Below, piece by piece: positions 28,101 to 38,456 of a stretch of DNA of 64,000 nucleotides. The position numbers were made by a program, and so were the translations under genes. Below the pieces are notes generated by a model. It saw nothing but the letters and a program-made list of their open reading frames with translations. It ran no database searches and was not told the origin of the DNA. This stretch comes from an uncultured Candidatus Rokubacteria bacterium (GTDB lineage Bacteria > Methylomirabilota > Methylomirabilia > Rokubacteriales > CSP1-6): contig CAVXJS010000011.1 in assembly GCA_963762145.1 (NCBI GenBank), forward strand, positions 544,001 to 608,000, written 5' to 3'. Position 1 is the first letter of the stretch, and every line of letters starts with the position of its first letter.

Positions 28101-29650
28101 ATGATCGTTCCGCTCACGCTGGGCGACTTCCTGGAGCGCGCCGAGCTCGTGTACGGGGACCGCGAGGCGGTGGTCGACGAGCCGAATCCGCCGGGCGGCG
28201 GCCTCGGCCGCTTCACCTACGCGGAGCTCGCCGCGATGGCCCGCAGCCTCGCCGCCGCGCTCGACGACCTCGGCGTCGGGCGAGAACGACCGCGTCGCCA
28301 TCGTCTCGCCCGAACGCCGCGCGCTTCCTCATCGCCCTCTTCGGGGTCAGCGTGTTCGGGCGCGTGCTCGTGCCGGTGAACTTCCGGCTCAACGCCGAGG
28401 AGATCCGCTACATCATCGAGCACTCCGGCTCGTCCGTGCTGCTGGTCGACCCCGAGCTGGACGAGGCCCTGCGCGACATCCCGGTGAAGCACCGGTTCGT
28501 GCTGGGCAGCGCGCACCGACCCGCAGCTCTTCCTGCGCCAGGGCGCGACGCCCCGCTTCCGGGTCACCGACGAGAACGCCACGGTCTCGATCAACTACAC
28601 CTCCGGCACCACCGCGCGGCCCAAGGGCGTGCAGCTCACCCACCGCAACTTCTGGCTGAACGCGGTCACGTTCGGCTGGCACCTGGCGATGACCGACCGC
28701 GACGTGTACCTGCACACGCTGCCGACGTTCCACTGCAACGGCTGGGGCATGCCGTACGCGCTCACCGCCATGGGCGTGCGCCAGGTCATCATCCGGAAGA
28801 TCGACGGCGAGGAGATCCTGCGCCGCGTGGAGGCCGAGGGCGTGACCCTCTTCAACTGCGCGCCCGCGGTGATCGCCGCGGTGCTCGACGCGGCGGCGGC
28901 GCGGCGCGCCAAGGGCGCGGCGGTGCCCGGCCGCGGGCGCGTGCGCGTGGTCATCGCGGGCGCGCCGCCGCCGTCGAAGACCATCGAGCGCATCGAGACC
29001 GAGCTCGGCTGGGAGTTCATCCAGATCTACGGCCTCACCGAGACGTCGCCGCTGCTCACCATCAACCGCGCGCCCGCGGAGTGGGACGGCCTCGATCCGG
29101 TCGAGCGCGCGCGGCGCCTGTCGCGCGCGGGCGTGCCCGCGGTGGGCGTGCGCATGCGCGGTCGACGCCGAGGGCGAGGTGCTCGCGCGCTCCAACCACG
29201 TCTTCGAGGGCTACTGGAACCAGCCCGCGGAGACGGCCAAGGCGATCGTGGACGGCTGGTTCCACACCGGCGACGGCGGCTTCACCGAGGGCGCGTACAT
29301 CGCGATCACGCGACCGGAAGAAGGACGTCATCATCACCGGCGGCGAGAACGTCTCGTCCATCGAGGTGGAGGACTGCCTCTTCCAGCATCCCGCGGTGGC
29401 CGAGGTCGCGGTGATCGGCGTGCCCGACGAGAAGTGGGGCGAGACGATCAAGGCCCTCGTCGTGCTGCGGCCCGGCGCCGCCTGCACCGAGCGGGAGCTG
29501 ATCGAGCACTGCCGGAGCCGCATGGCGCACTACAAGTGCCCGACGTCGATCGAGCTGCGCGACGCGCTCGTCCGCACCGCCACCGGCAAGCTCCAGAAGT
29601 TCAAGCTGCGCGAGCCGTACTGGTCGGGCCGCGAGCGGAAGGTGAACTAG
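28101..29650 (+). CDS. AMP-dependent acyl-CoA synthetase, several apparent frameshifts
   Basis: Motifs spread over three frames: YTSGTTARPKG, FHCNGWG, YGLTET, GWFHTGD, DRKKDVIITGGENVSS, RTATGKLQK. Confidence 0.88.
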
Positions 29651-29667
29651 GCGCGCGGGGTTCAATC

Positions 29668-29688
29668 ACGGCGGTCGAGTGCCGCCGT
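29668..29688. terminator. Hairpin between convergent genes
   Basis: ACGGCGG-tcgagtg-CCGCCGT perfect 7-bp stem; no clear U-tract. Confidence 0.35.
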
Positions 29689-31090
29689 CTAGGAGCCTGG
29701 TCCCGTAGGTGGCGAGGCGGGTCCGAGTTCTCGTCTCGCGCGCGGGTGCAACACGTCGATCGCCCAGCGCACGTCCAGCCGCTCCCCGAACCACTGGGGG
29801 AGCCCCGTCCGCGGATGAAGGGTGAGCCCCTGCGCGGCGTTCTGCGCCCGGATGGCACTCGCCGGATCAGCCGGCACCGCCGCCGGCGTGGGGACCTCGG
29901 GCAGCGGCCGGCCATCCGGACGTCGGAACTGGAGCGAGCCGTCGGGTAGGCGCTCGAGATGGTAGCCCTCCTCGTGCACCGCCCGATGATGCCGGCGGCA
30001 GAGGAGCGCGAGGTTCGAGAGCTTCGTCGGCCCTCCGTGGGCCCAATGCCGCACGTGATGGCCCTCGGCGATCCGGACGTTACACCCCGGGAAGCGGCAG
30101 GTCTTGTCCCGATGCTGCAGCGCCCGCCGTAACGCCGGCGGGATCGTGCGCGTCCTGGCTCCAACTTCGACCACCCGCCCGTCCGCGTCGTGCCGCATCA
30201 CCACCCGGCTGGCGTCACACGCCAGCCGCTGCGACGTTTCCGCGGAAACGCGCGCTCCCTCCTCTAGCACGGACTGCCCCGGGGTGGCCGGGTCCGTCAG
30301 GACGGCCGCGTCCACGTGCACCACCACCTGGTACCGCTCCCCGGGCGCGCCCGGGTCGAGCGCGTGATGCAGCGCCGTCTCCGCCAACAGGGCCAAGGCG
30401 TCGGCCTGCTGCTGGGGGCGCGTCGGAACCTCGGTGGCGGGGTCCGTGGCCGGCTGAGCGGCTTCGATCAGCACGTCGGCGCTGGTACAGGGTCTCGCGG
30501 GCCGCGTCCAGCGCTCGCAGGAGGAGCGCGCCGACGTCCGGGGTCAGGCGCCCGCGGAGGACCACCGTGCCGTCCTCATCCTGGTGGACGTGAAGGGCCC
30601 GCCCGGCGTGCTGCCGCGTGGCCTCGCGCGCGTCGGCCTGTCCGTCGAAGCGGCGCCAGCCGCGGACGAGGCTCTCCACGTGGGCCGCCGTGCCGGCGCG
30701 CCCCACCGCGAGCAGCCGGGCTTCGGTCTCCGGGGTCGCGATGCGGGTCAGAGCACGGACCTTCGCATAGGAGAGCTCGCCCCGCGCCAGGGCCTCGGCC
30801 AGGGCGGGCAATGTCCCGAGGGCACGCGCGACCCGGACGCGCTCGCGGGCGGCGCCCAGGTCCAGGCTCACGCGCCACGCCAGCCACTCGGCGCAGGAGC
30901 GGAAGCCGTGCTGCCAGCCGCGGCGGGCGTCGAACTCGCGGAGGAGCGCGAGCAGACGCGCCGTGGCCGCCTCGAGGTGAGCGGAGAGCTCGGCGATCTG
31001 GTCACCCAGGCGATCCAGCTCGGCGAGGTGTGGCGGGTCGGGCTGCGCTGGCTGCAACGGGCCGGAAAGATCCGGCGGAAGTGGGAACAT
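29689..31090 (-). mobile_element. DUF222 + HNH endonuclease (13E12-repeat-like), one frameshift near 30480
   Basis: N-part FRSCAEWLAWR...ARERVRVARAL...GELSYAKVRALTR; C-part QQADAL, RLACDA, RRALQHRDKTCRFPGC, HHVRHWAHGGPTKLSNLALLCRRHH. Confidence 0.85.
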
Positions 31091-31309
31091 GGTGAGTCTC
31101 CCTTCTTGCTGGGACGACTCTACACCCCGGATTCGGCGGGCCCGCCCCGCGCCGAGGAGCAGCGAGCGCGAGGCGCGGCATGATTCTTCGTCCGTCGCGG
31201 CCCGATCGCGCCTCACGCGGCGAGGGCGACCCGCTGGTTCCCTATTTCTCGGCAGCCCTCGAAGAACGGATCGCGTCACCCGGGGAACCTGTCAAGACCA
31301 AAGTGAGGC

Positions 31310-31346
31310 TTGACACCGATTCGATAGTTTGATAAATCTGGAAATA
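31310..31346 (+). promoter_or_regulatory. ars operon promoter with putative ArsR operator
   Basis: TTGACA at 31310-31315 followed by an AT-rich imperfect dyad (GTTTGATAAATCTGGAAAT) in otherwise very GC-rich DNA. Confidence 0.55.
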
Positions 31347-31424
31347 CAGAATGAGACTGACAGGAGGGGAGGACGGGATGAGTGATCCGACCGCAGGCCT
31401 GACGGTGAGCCGGAGGGCCACCCG

Positions 31425-31733
31425 ATGAAGGCCATCGCGCGCCCTCCCATGTCCCAGCTCCTGGCGAGCGACGAGCACGCCGAGGCGTTCAAGGCCCTGG
31501 CGCACCTCAGCCGCCTCGAGGTCTTCTTCTTCCTGGTCCGCGCGGGCAAGGAGATGTCGGTGGGCGAGATCCAGGCCGAGGTCGAGATCCCGGGCCCGAC
31601 GCTGTCCCACCACCTGGACCTGCTCCGGCGGGCCGGACTCGTCGAGAGCCGCAAGGAAGAGCGGTACATCTACTATTCCGTGAAGCGGGACGCGGTGACG
31701 ACGCTGGTGCGTCTGCTCACCGCGTGCTGCTAG
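31425..31733 (+). CDS. arsR: ArsR-family repressor with C-terminal Cys-Cys
   Basis: FKALAHLSRLEVF, TLSHHLDLL, GLVESRKEERYIYY, ends LTACC. Confidence 0.9.
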   Translation: MKAIARPPMSQLLASDEHAEAFKALAHLSRLEVFFFLVRAGKEMSVGEIQAEVEIPGPTLSHHLDLLRRAGLVESRKEERYIYYSVKRDAVTTLVRLLTACC

Positions 31734-31744
31734 AGGAGGATCCC

Positions 31745-32188
31745 ATGAGCGCCAAAGTGCATCTGCACTGCACGTGTCGGACCTGGCCAAGAGCCGGGAG
31801 TTCTACGAGAAGTTCCTCGGGACCGGGCCGGTCAAGGTGAAGGCAGGGCTACGTGAAGTTCCTGCCCGAATGGGCTCCGGTCAACCTGGCCCTGTCCGGC
31901 GGCGGGGCGGCCGGCGCGGGCACGATCGATCACGTCGGCGTCCAGGTGGACGCGGTGCCCACGGTGGTGGCCGAGCTCGCGCGCGTCAAGGCGGCGGGGC
32001 TGGCGGTGCGGGAGGAGATGGGCGTCGACTGCTGCCACGCGAACCAGGACAAGTTCTGGGTGCAGGACCCGGACGGGGTGGAGTGGGAGGTCTACCACCT
32101 CAACTACGACCTCGAGACCGAGGTCACCGCGCCTCGCATCATGGGACTGCCGCTGGCCAAGAGCGGTGGGGCCTGCTGCTCGTCGTGA
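31745..32188 (+). CDS. arsI: ArsI/CadI-like VOC-family metalloenzyme, two apparent frameshifts near 31770 and 31850
   Basis: KVHLH..VSDLAKSREFY; HVGVQV; DCCHANQDKFWVQDPDGVEWEVY; C-terminal ACC. Confidence 0.8.
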
Positions 32189-32199
32189 GGAGATGAGCC

Positions 32200-33015
32200 A
32201 TGAGCGATGACATCAAGGAGATCGTGAGGGAGAAGTACGCGCGGGCCGCGCTTCGCGTGACCGCGGTCGAGGACGCGTCCTGCTGCGGCTCGGCGTCTTC
32301 TCGCGGGGAGTGCGACCCGATCACCTCGGGAATCTATGCGGGGAGCGACACGTCCGCGCTGCCGGCCGAGGCCAGGGCCGCCTCGCTCGGCTGCGGGAAC
32401 CCGACGGCCCTGGCCGAGCTCGAGCCCGGTGAGACGGTGCTCGATCTCGGATCGGGAGGCGGCATCGACGTCCTGCTGTCCGCCGGTCGCGTGGGACCGA
32501 CGGGCAAGGCCTACGGCCTCGACATGACCGACGAGATGCTCGCCCTCGCCCGCGAGAACCAGCGGAAGGCTGGCGCGACCAACGTGGAGTTCCTCAAGGG
32601 TGAGATCGAGCAGATCCCTCTTCCCGGGAGCTCGGTGGACGTTGTCATCTCCAATTGCGTGATCAATCTCTCGGCCGACAAGGACCGCGTCCTGGCCGAG
32701 GCGTTCCGGGTCCTGAAGCCGGGCGGGCGCCTGGCGGTGTCGGACGTGGTCGTGCGGGGCGAGGTGCCCGCCGAGATCCGGCGGAGCGTGGAGCTGTGGA
32801 TCGGGTGCGTGGCCGGCGCGCTGGAGGAGAGCGAGTACCGGGGCAAGCTCGCCGCCGCAGGCTTCGAGGGAATCAGCCTCGAGCCGACCCGGGTCTATCG
32901 GGTGGAGGAGGCGCGGGACTTCCTGACCGGAGCCGGGCTCGACGTCGATCGTATCGCGCCCCAGGTGGACGACAAGTTCATGAGCGCATTCGTCCGAGCC
33001 CGGAAGCCCGCATAG
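32200..33015 (+). CDS. arsM: Arsenite S-adenosylmethionine methyltransferase
   Basis: [38 protein letters not shown]. Confidence 0.95.
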   Translation: MSDDIKEIVREKYARAALRVTAVEDASCCGSASSRGECDPITSGIYAGSDTSALPAEARAASLGCGNPTALAELEPGETVLDLGSGGGIDVLLSAGRVGPTGKAYGLDMTDEMLALARENQRKAGATNVEFLKGEIEQIPLPGSSVDVVISNCVINLSADKDRVLAEAFRVLKPGGRLAVSDVVVRGEVPAEIRRSVELWIGCVAGALEESEYRGKLAAAGFEGISLEPTRVYRVEEARDFLTGAGLDVDRIAPQVDDKFMSAFVRARKPA

Positions 33016-33016
33016 G

Positions 33017-33697
33017 GTGTCTCCGGCGGGGGAGCGGGCAAGCCTCGGCCGTCGCGTCGCGGCAAAGGCGATGGGGACGGCGCTGCTCCTCGCCGCGGTG
33101 GTCGGATCCGGGATCATGGGCGAGCGCCTCGCGGGCGGCAACGTCGCGATCGCGCTGCTCGCCAACACCGTCGCCACCGGCGCGGCCCTGGTTGCGCTGA
33201 TCCTGACCTTCGGCCCGATCTCGGGCGCTCACTTCAACCCGGCGGTCACGCTGGCCGACGCGCTCCATGGCGGCCTCGCGTGGGTGGACGTGTCGCCGTA
33301 CCTCGGCGCGCAGGTCGTGGGCGCCTTCGCCGGCGTCGCCGCCGCGCACGTCATGTTCGAGCTGCCGCTCTTCTTCGCGTCACAGCACGTGCGCGCCGGG
33401 CCGGCCCAGATCTTCAGCGAGTTCGTGGCGACGTTCGGTCTGCTCGCGGTCATCTGGGGGTGCGCGCGCGGGTGGCCCGCGGTGGTGGTGCCCTTCGCGG
33501 TGGCCGGGTACATCACCGCCGCGTACTGGTTCACCGCCTCCACCTCGTTCGCCAATCCCGCCGTCACGCTGGCGCGCTCGGCCAGCGACACGTTCACGGG
33601 GATCCGGCCGGCCGACGTCCCCGGTTTCATCGTGGCGCAGCTCCTCGGGGCCGCCGCGGCAACCGGGTTGTTCCGGTGGCTCTTGCCGGGCCGATGA
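33017..33697 (+). CDS. MIP-family aquaglyceroporin (AqpS-like arsenite channel)
   Basis: SGAHFNPAVT and STSFANPAVT NPA boxes; located in ars operon. Confidence 0.9.
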   Translation: MSPAGERASLGRRVAAKAMGTALLLAAVVGSGIMGERLAGGNVAIALLANTVATGAALVALILTFGPISGAHFNPAVTLADALHGGLAWVDVSPYLGAQVVGAFAGVAAAHVMFELPLFFASQHVRAGPAQIFSEFVATFGLLAVIWGCARGWPAVVVPFAVAGYITAAYWFTASTSFANPAVTLARSASDTFTGIRPADVPGFIVAQLLGAAAATGLFRWLLPGR

Positions 33698-34188
33698 CGA
33701 CGCTCCGCACGCGCCTCGCGACGGCCGGGGACGCCGCCGCCATCACCGCGATCTACAACGAGGGGATCGCCGACCGCGTGGCGACCTTCGAGACCGAGCC
33801 GCGGACGGCGGCCCAGATCGCCCAGCAGCTCGCGGACAAGGGCGACCGGTTCCCGACCGTGGTGGTCGAGCGGGACGGGCAGGTGGTCGCGTACGCCGGC
33901 GCGAGCGCGTACCGGAGCCGTCCCGCCTATGCGGGCGTGGCCGAGCACTCGGTCTACGTGGCGCGTCACGCGCGGGGCACGGGCGCGGGGCGCGCCGCGC
34001 TGGAGGCAATGTGCCAGACGTACGCGGAGCGCGGCTTCTGGAAGATCCTGTCCCGGATCTTCCCCGAGAACACCGCGAGCCTCCGCCTCCACGAGCGGTG
34101 CGGCTTCCGGGTGGTCGGCGTCTACCGGCGGCACGGCAAGCTCGACGGCGAGTGGCGCGACTGCGTGATCGTGGAGCGGCTCCTGTGA
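33694..34188 (+). CDS. arsN: ArsN/phosphinothricin-acetyltransferase-like GNAT
   Basis: IYNEGIADRVATFETEPR, AEHSVYV, FWKILSRIFPENTAS, HGKLDGEWRDCVIVE. Confidence 0.85.
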   Translation: MTTLRTRLATAGDAAAITAIYNEGIADRVATFETEPRTAAQIAQQLADKGDRFPTVVVERDGQVVAYAGASAYRSRPAYAGVAEHSVYVARHARGTGAGRAALEAMCQTYAERGFWKILSRIFPENTASLRLHERCGFRVVGVYRRHGKLDGEWRDCVIVERLL

Positions 34189-34595
34189 CCCGCGTGCTGT
34201 TCCTCTGCACCCACAACTCGGCCCGGAGCCAGATGGCCGAGGGCTTCCTCCGCGCGATGGCGGGCGACCGCTTCGAGGTCGGGAGCGCCGGGACCGAGAA
34301 GACCTCGGTCAATCCGCTGGCGATCCGGGCGATGGCCGAGCTCGGCATCGACCTCGGCGGGCATACCTCGAAGCTCTACGCGGATGTGGCCCCGGAGGGC
34401 TGGGACTGTTTGAGCACGGTCTGCGACGACGCGAACGAGCGGTGCCCCTGGGTGCCCGGCTCGGTCGAGCGCATGCACTGGTCGTTCCCCGATCCTTCGC
34501 GCGCGACCGGAAGCGAGGAGGATCGGCTCGCCGTGTTCCGCCGGGTGCGCGATCAGATCCGCGAGCGCCTGACCGACTGGCTCCGCGGGAGATGA
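34185..34595 (+). CDS. arsC: Thioredoxin-type arsenate reductase (LMW-PTP fold)
   Basis: GTGA overlap; FLCTHNSARSQMAEG, TVCDDANERCP, HWSFPDP, RRVRDQI. Confidence 0.9.
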   Translation: MTRVLFLCTHNSARSQMAEGFLRAMAGDRFEVGSAGTEKTSVNPLAIRAMAELGIDLGGHTSKLYADVAPEGWDCLSTVCDDANERCPWVPGSVERMHWSFPDPSRATGSEEDRLAVFRRVRDQIRERLTDWLRGR

Positions 34596-35083
34596 CCCCC
34601 GCCCGGCTCGTCGCCTGCGTCTGCGCCGCCCAGGTGTGCGCCCAGATCGGGGCCTACACCTGGCCGGCGCTGCGCGCGGTCATGGCCAGGCGCACGAGCC
34701 GGGCCGGCGCGCCCGCGCCCCAGACGCTCGGGGCCCGCTCCTACCTGGTGGCGGCGGCGCTCGTGCTCCTCTACGGCCTCCTGATCTGGCTCGACTCCTC
34801 CTCGCTCACCGCGGGCGCCGCGGGCAGCGCGGATCCCGAGCGGCGCGGCGCCACGCTGGCGCTGCACTCGATGGCCGGCTACGCGGGCGGGGCGGTCGGC
34901 CCGATCGTGATCGGGTGGATCCTCGATCTGAGCGGCGGCATGTCGCCCATGGGCTGGGGCTGGGCCTTCCTGCACGTCGCGGTGATCGCGCTGCTGGGGC
35001 AGGTGGCCTTCGTGCTCCTGGGGCCGCGCGATCTGGCCGGGGATCGTCGCAGCGCGCCGGGCCGATCTGTCGATCGCGCTTGA
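34592..35083 (+). pseudogene. MFS transporter remnant with large in-frame internal deletion
   Basis: First TM helix joined to last three helices (DSSSLTAG..RGATLALHSMAGY.GG.VGP); only 163 aa. Confidence 0.6.
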
Positions 35084-35150
35084 CGAAGCCGCCCCGTCCG
35101 GAGGAGCATCGGGTGCCGCGCGCAATGTCGCGCCCAGGAGGCTGCCCCCC

Positions 35151-36767
35151 ATGCTCACACGCCGTGAGTTTCTCGCCGCCACCACCGCCGCCGCGGCTCT
35201 GGCCGCCGCGCCGTCGGGCGTAGCCGCCCAGACCCCCAAGCGCGGCGGTACCTTGTCCGTCCGGGCATGGGATCCGCCGCACTTCGACCAGAGTATGGTG
35301 CACGCCTACAAGACCCACGTGGTGGTCTCCTTCACCCACAGCCGGCTCCTGAAGCATCGGGCCGGCCCGGGCGTGCGCCCCGGCTCGCTGGTGCTCGAGG
35401 GCGACCTGGCCGAGTCGTGGACGCAGCCGAGCGACACCACCTACGTCTTCAAGCTGCGGCGGGGCGTGCGCTTCCACGCCAAGCCGCCGGTCAACGGACG
35501 GGAGCTCACCGCCGAGGACGTGAAGTACACGTTCGAACGGATGCTCACCGAGACCGGCAGCAACGCCTCGATGTACCGCTCGATCGCCAAGATCGAAGCG
35601 GTGGACCGCTACACGGTCCGGTTCACGCTCTCGGAGCCTTTCGCGTGGTTCCTGGAGATGGTGGCGAGCCCGATGGCGGGCGGCATCATCGCCCGCGAGT
35701 GCGTCGAGAAGTTCGGCGACCTCAAGAAGCCGGAGGCGGTGATCGGTACCGGCCCCTGGATGCTCGACAGCTACAAGCCGAACGTGTCCATCACCCTGGT
35801 GCGGAACCCCGCCTACTTCGTGGCCGGCCTGCCGTACATCGACCGCGTCGAGCTGATCGTCGACGAGGACAACGCCTCCCGCATGGCCGCCTTCCTCTCG
35901 GGCCGCTACGACCTCGGTTGGGAGTTCCCGGGGACGATCAACCGGACGGACTGGGTGCAGATCAAGGATCGGCTCGCCCGGACCCGGCCCTCCCTCCGGA
36001 CGGCCGAGTACCCGTCGAACGTGGTGAACGACCTCGCGATGCGCACCGACCAGAAGCCCTGGAGCGACGTGCGCGTGCGGCAGGCGGTCTCGATGGCGCT
36101 GGACCGGCGCGAGATCATCGAGTCCACGCTCGAGGGCGTGGGCGTCGTCAACGGCCCGATCCCGGCCGCGCTGACCGACTGGGCCCTGCCGATCGACCAG
36201 CTCGGCGAGGGCGCGCGCAACTACAAGCACGATCCCGCCGAGGCGAAGCGGCTGCTCGCGGCCGCCGGCTACCCGAACGGGTTCCCGGCCAGCGTGTGCT
36301 TCAACTCGTACGGCTCCACCGTGCTGGTGGACACCATGCAACTCGTCCTCAAGAATCTGAAGGCGATCGGCATCGACGCGCGACTCGATCAGAAGGAGTA
36401 CGGGGCCTACCAGGCCACGTGTCGGCTCGGGAAGTTCGACTCGCTGGTGTTCGGGCCCCTGACCCCGTTCCTCGACGCGGACAACTTCCTGTTCGGGCAG
36501 TACTACACCGGCGAGCCGCGCAACCGGAGCCACGTCAAGGACCCGGCGCTCGACGACCTGCTCGTCCGGCAGCGGCGCGCCATGGACGTGAAGGCCCGCC
36601 GCGAGATCATCAACGACATCCAGCGGCACCTGGCCAAGCAGCAGTACTACGTCCACGCGCCGGGAGGGACCTACATCGCGGTGTGGGACGGGGCGCTCAA
36701 GAACTACGGGCCGAACCTGGGCTACGACTACGGCGGGCGGCTCATCACCGCCTGGCTCGACCGCTGA
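35151..36767 (+). CDS. Family-5 ABC solute-binding protein with Tat signal
   Basis: TRREFL, GDLAESW, FKLRRGVRFH, IGTGPW. Confidence 0.92.
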   Translation: MLTRREFLAATTAAAALAAAPSGVAAQTPKRGGTLSVRAWDPPHFDQSMVHAYKTHVVVSFTHSRLLKHRAGPGVRPGSLVLEGDLAESWTQPSDTTYVFKLRRGVRFHAKPPVNGRELTAEDVKYTFERMLTETGSNASMYRSIAKIEAVDRYTVRFTLSEPFAWFLEMVASPMAGGIIARECVEKFGDLKKPEAVIGTGPWMLDSYKPNVSITLVRNPAYFVAGLPYIDRVELIVDEDNASRMAAFLSGRYDLGWEFPGTINRTDWVQIKDRLARTRPSLRTAEYPSNVVNDLAMRTDQKPWSDVRVRQAVSMALDRREIIESTLEGVGVVNGPIPAALTDWALPIDQLGEGARNYKHDPAEAKRLLAAAGYPNGFPASVCFNSYGSTVLVDTMQLVLKNLKAIGIDARLDQKEYGAYQATCRLGKFDSLVFGPLTPFLDADNFLFGQYYTGEPRNRSHVKDPALDDLLVRQRRAMDVKARREIINDIQRHLAKQQYYVHAPGGTYIAVWDGALKNYGPNLGYDYGGRLITAWLDR

Positions 36768-36772
36768 GAACG

Positions 36773-37564
36773 ATGCATACCGGTGTGGCCCTCGCCGAGC
36801 GCGTCGCGATCGTCACCGGTGCCGGCAACGGCATCGGGAAGGCCATCGCGCTGGCCCTGGCCGAGGCCGGCGCGCACGTCGCGGCGGTGGACGTGGACGG
36901 GGGCGCCGCCAAGGTGACCGCGGACGCCGCGGCGTCGCGGGGGCCCCGCAGCCTGGCCCTCGACACCGACGTCGGCGATCTGGCCGCCATCGACCGGATG
37001 GTCCGGCGGGTGACCGAGACCTTCGGGCGCGTCGATATCCTGGTGAACAACGCCGGGGTCACGCGCCGCGCCTACATCATGGACCTCACCGAGCAGGACT
37101 GGGACCGCATCATGCGGGTCAACGCCAAGGGGGTCTTCTTCTGCCTGCAGCGGGTGGCGCGCGAGATGATCCCGGAGCGCCGCGGCACGATCATCAACAT
37201 CGCGTCGATCGCGGGGAAGGGCTACGCGGGCACCTCGAACGCGATCTACGCGGCCAGCAAGGGCAGCGTGATCTCGCTGACGCGCACCGCCGCGCTCCAG
37301 CTCGCGCGGCACGACGTCACCGTGAACGCGATCTGCCCCGGCATCACGGTCACCGCGCTGTCCGAGGCCAACGTGGCGGTCCGCGCCCGCGACGAGGGGC
37401 TGTCGGTCGAGGAGATGACGCGACGGCGCAACGCGGTCATCCCGCTCGGGCGGCCGAACGATCCGGAGGACCTGGCCGCGCTGGCGGTGTTCCTGGCCTC
37501 CCCGGGCGCGCGGAACATCACCGGCCAGTCCTTCAACGTGGACGGCGGCATCATCTTCGACTGA
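36773..37564 (+). CDS. Short-chain dehydrogenase/reductase
   Basis: TGAGNGIG, NNAG, YAASK, ITGQSFNVDGG. Confidence 0.93.
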   Translation: MHTGVALAERVAIVTGAGNGIGKAIALALAEAGAHVAAVDVDGGAAKVTADAAASRGPRSLALDTDVGDLAAIDRMVRRVTETFGRVDILVNNAGVTRRAYIMDLTEQDWDRIMRVNAKGVFFCLQRVAREMIPERRGTIINIASIAGKGYAGTSNAIYAASKGSVISLTRTAALQLARHDVTVNAICPGITVTALSEANVAVRARDEGLSVEEMTRRRNAVIPLGRPNDPEDLAALAVFLASPGARNITGQSFNVDGGIIFD

Positions 37565-37587
37565 ACCTGGACCAAGGAGACCGCACC

Positions 37588-38436
37588 ATGAACATCGGCG
37601 TCTCGGTGCCCCTGCCGGCCTATCTCGTGGACGTGGGGGCGATGGCGCGCAAGGCGGAAGAGCTCGGCTTCGAATCCTTCTGGTGCGCCGAGCACCCGTT
37701 CATCCCGGTGCGGACCGCGAGCCGGTTCCCGGGATCGGCGGACGGGGTCATCCCGGAGGAGTACTCCCACTTCGTGGATCCCTTCATCGCGCTCGCGCGC
37801 GCCTCGGGGACGACCAGCCGGATCAAGCTCGCCACCGGCATCGTGCTGGTGCCGGAGCGGCATCCGCTGGTGCTGGCCAAGGAGGTGTCCACCCTCGACC
37901 TGTTCAGCGGCGGACGCTTCCTGTTCGGCATCGGGGCGGGCTGGCTGCGCGAGGAGACCCAGATCATGGGCGGGGACTTCGACCACCGCTGGACGCAGAC
38001 GCGGGAGTCGGTCCTGGCCATGAAGGAGCTGTGGACGAAGACGGAGGCCGAGCACCACGGCAAGTACTACGACTTCCCGCCGGTGCGCTCGTATCCGAAG
38101 CCGGTCCAGAAGCCGCACCCGCCGGTGCTCCTGGGCGGCGGGGCGAAGAACGTGCTCCAGCGCGTGGCGGCCTGGGGCGACGGCTGGCTGCCCAACCGGG
38201 TGACGCCGGATGAGCTCCGCGAGAGCCGCGCGACGCTCGACCGCCTCGCCAAGGAGAACGGCCGTGATCCGGCCGCCCTCACCATCTCGGTGCACGGCCA
38301 GCCCGCCGACCAGGATCTCGTCCGCCGCCTCCTCGACGCGGGCGCCACGCGCGTCATCATCCGGCCGGCCACGTCGAGATCGGAGCCGGACATGGTGCGC
38401 GAGCTGACCCGTATCGCGGAGACCGTGATGCGGTAG
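37588..38436 (+). CDS. LLM-class (probably F420-dependent) oxidoreductase
   Basis: GFESFWCAEH, DPFIALA, LAKEVSTLDLFSGGR, PKPVQKPHPP. Confidence 0.92.
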   Translation: MNIGVSVPLPAYLVDVGAMARKAEELGFESFWCAEHPFIPVRTASRFPGSADGVIPEEYSHFVDPFIALARASGTTSRIKLATGIVLVPERHPLVLAKEVSTLDLFSGGRFLFGIGAGWLREETQIMGGDFDHRWTQTRESVLAMKELWTKTEAEHHGKYYDFPPVRSYPKPVQKPHPPVLLGGGAKNVLQRVAAWGDGWLPNRVTPDELRESRATLDRLAKENGRDPAALTISVHGQPADQDLVRRLLDAGATRVIIRPATSRSEPDMVRELTRIAETVMR

Positions 38437-38456
38437 GGTGGGCCTGCCGGAAACGG

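Noticed and set aside
29651-29675. GGTTCAATC resembling a tRNA T-loop or att site next to the HNH element
   Set aside because: Flanking bases do not form a T-stem and there is no acceptor arm or CCA.
32186-32188. TGA after ACCSS in the ArsI-like gene as another Sec codon
   Set aside because: It is at the natural C-terminus and is followed at once by the arsM RBS and start.
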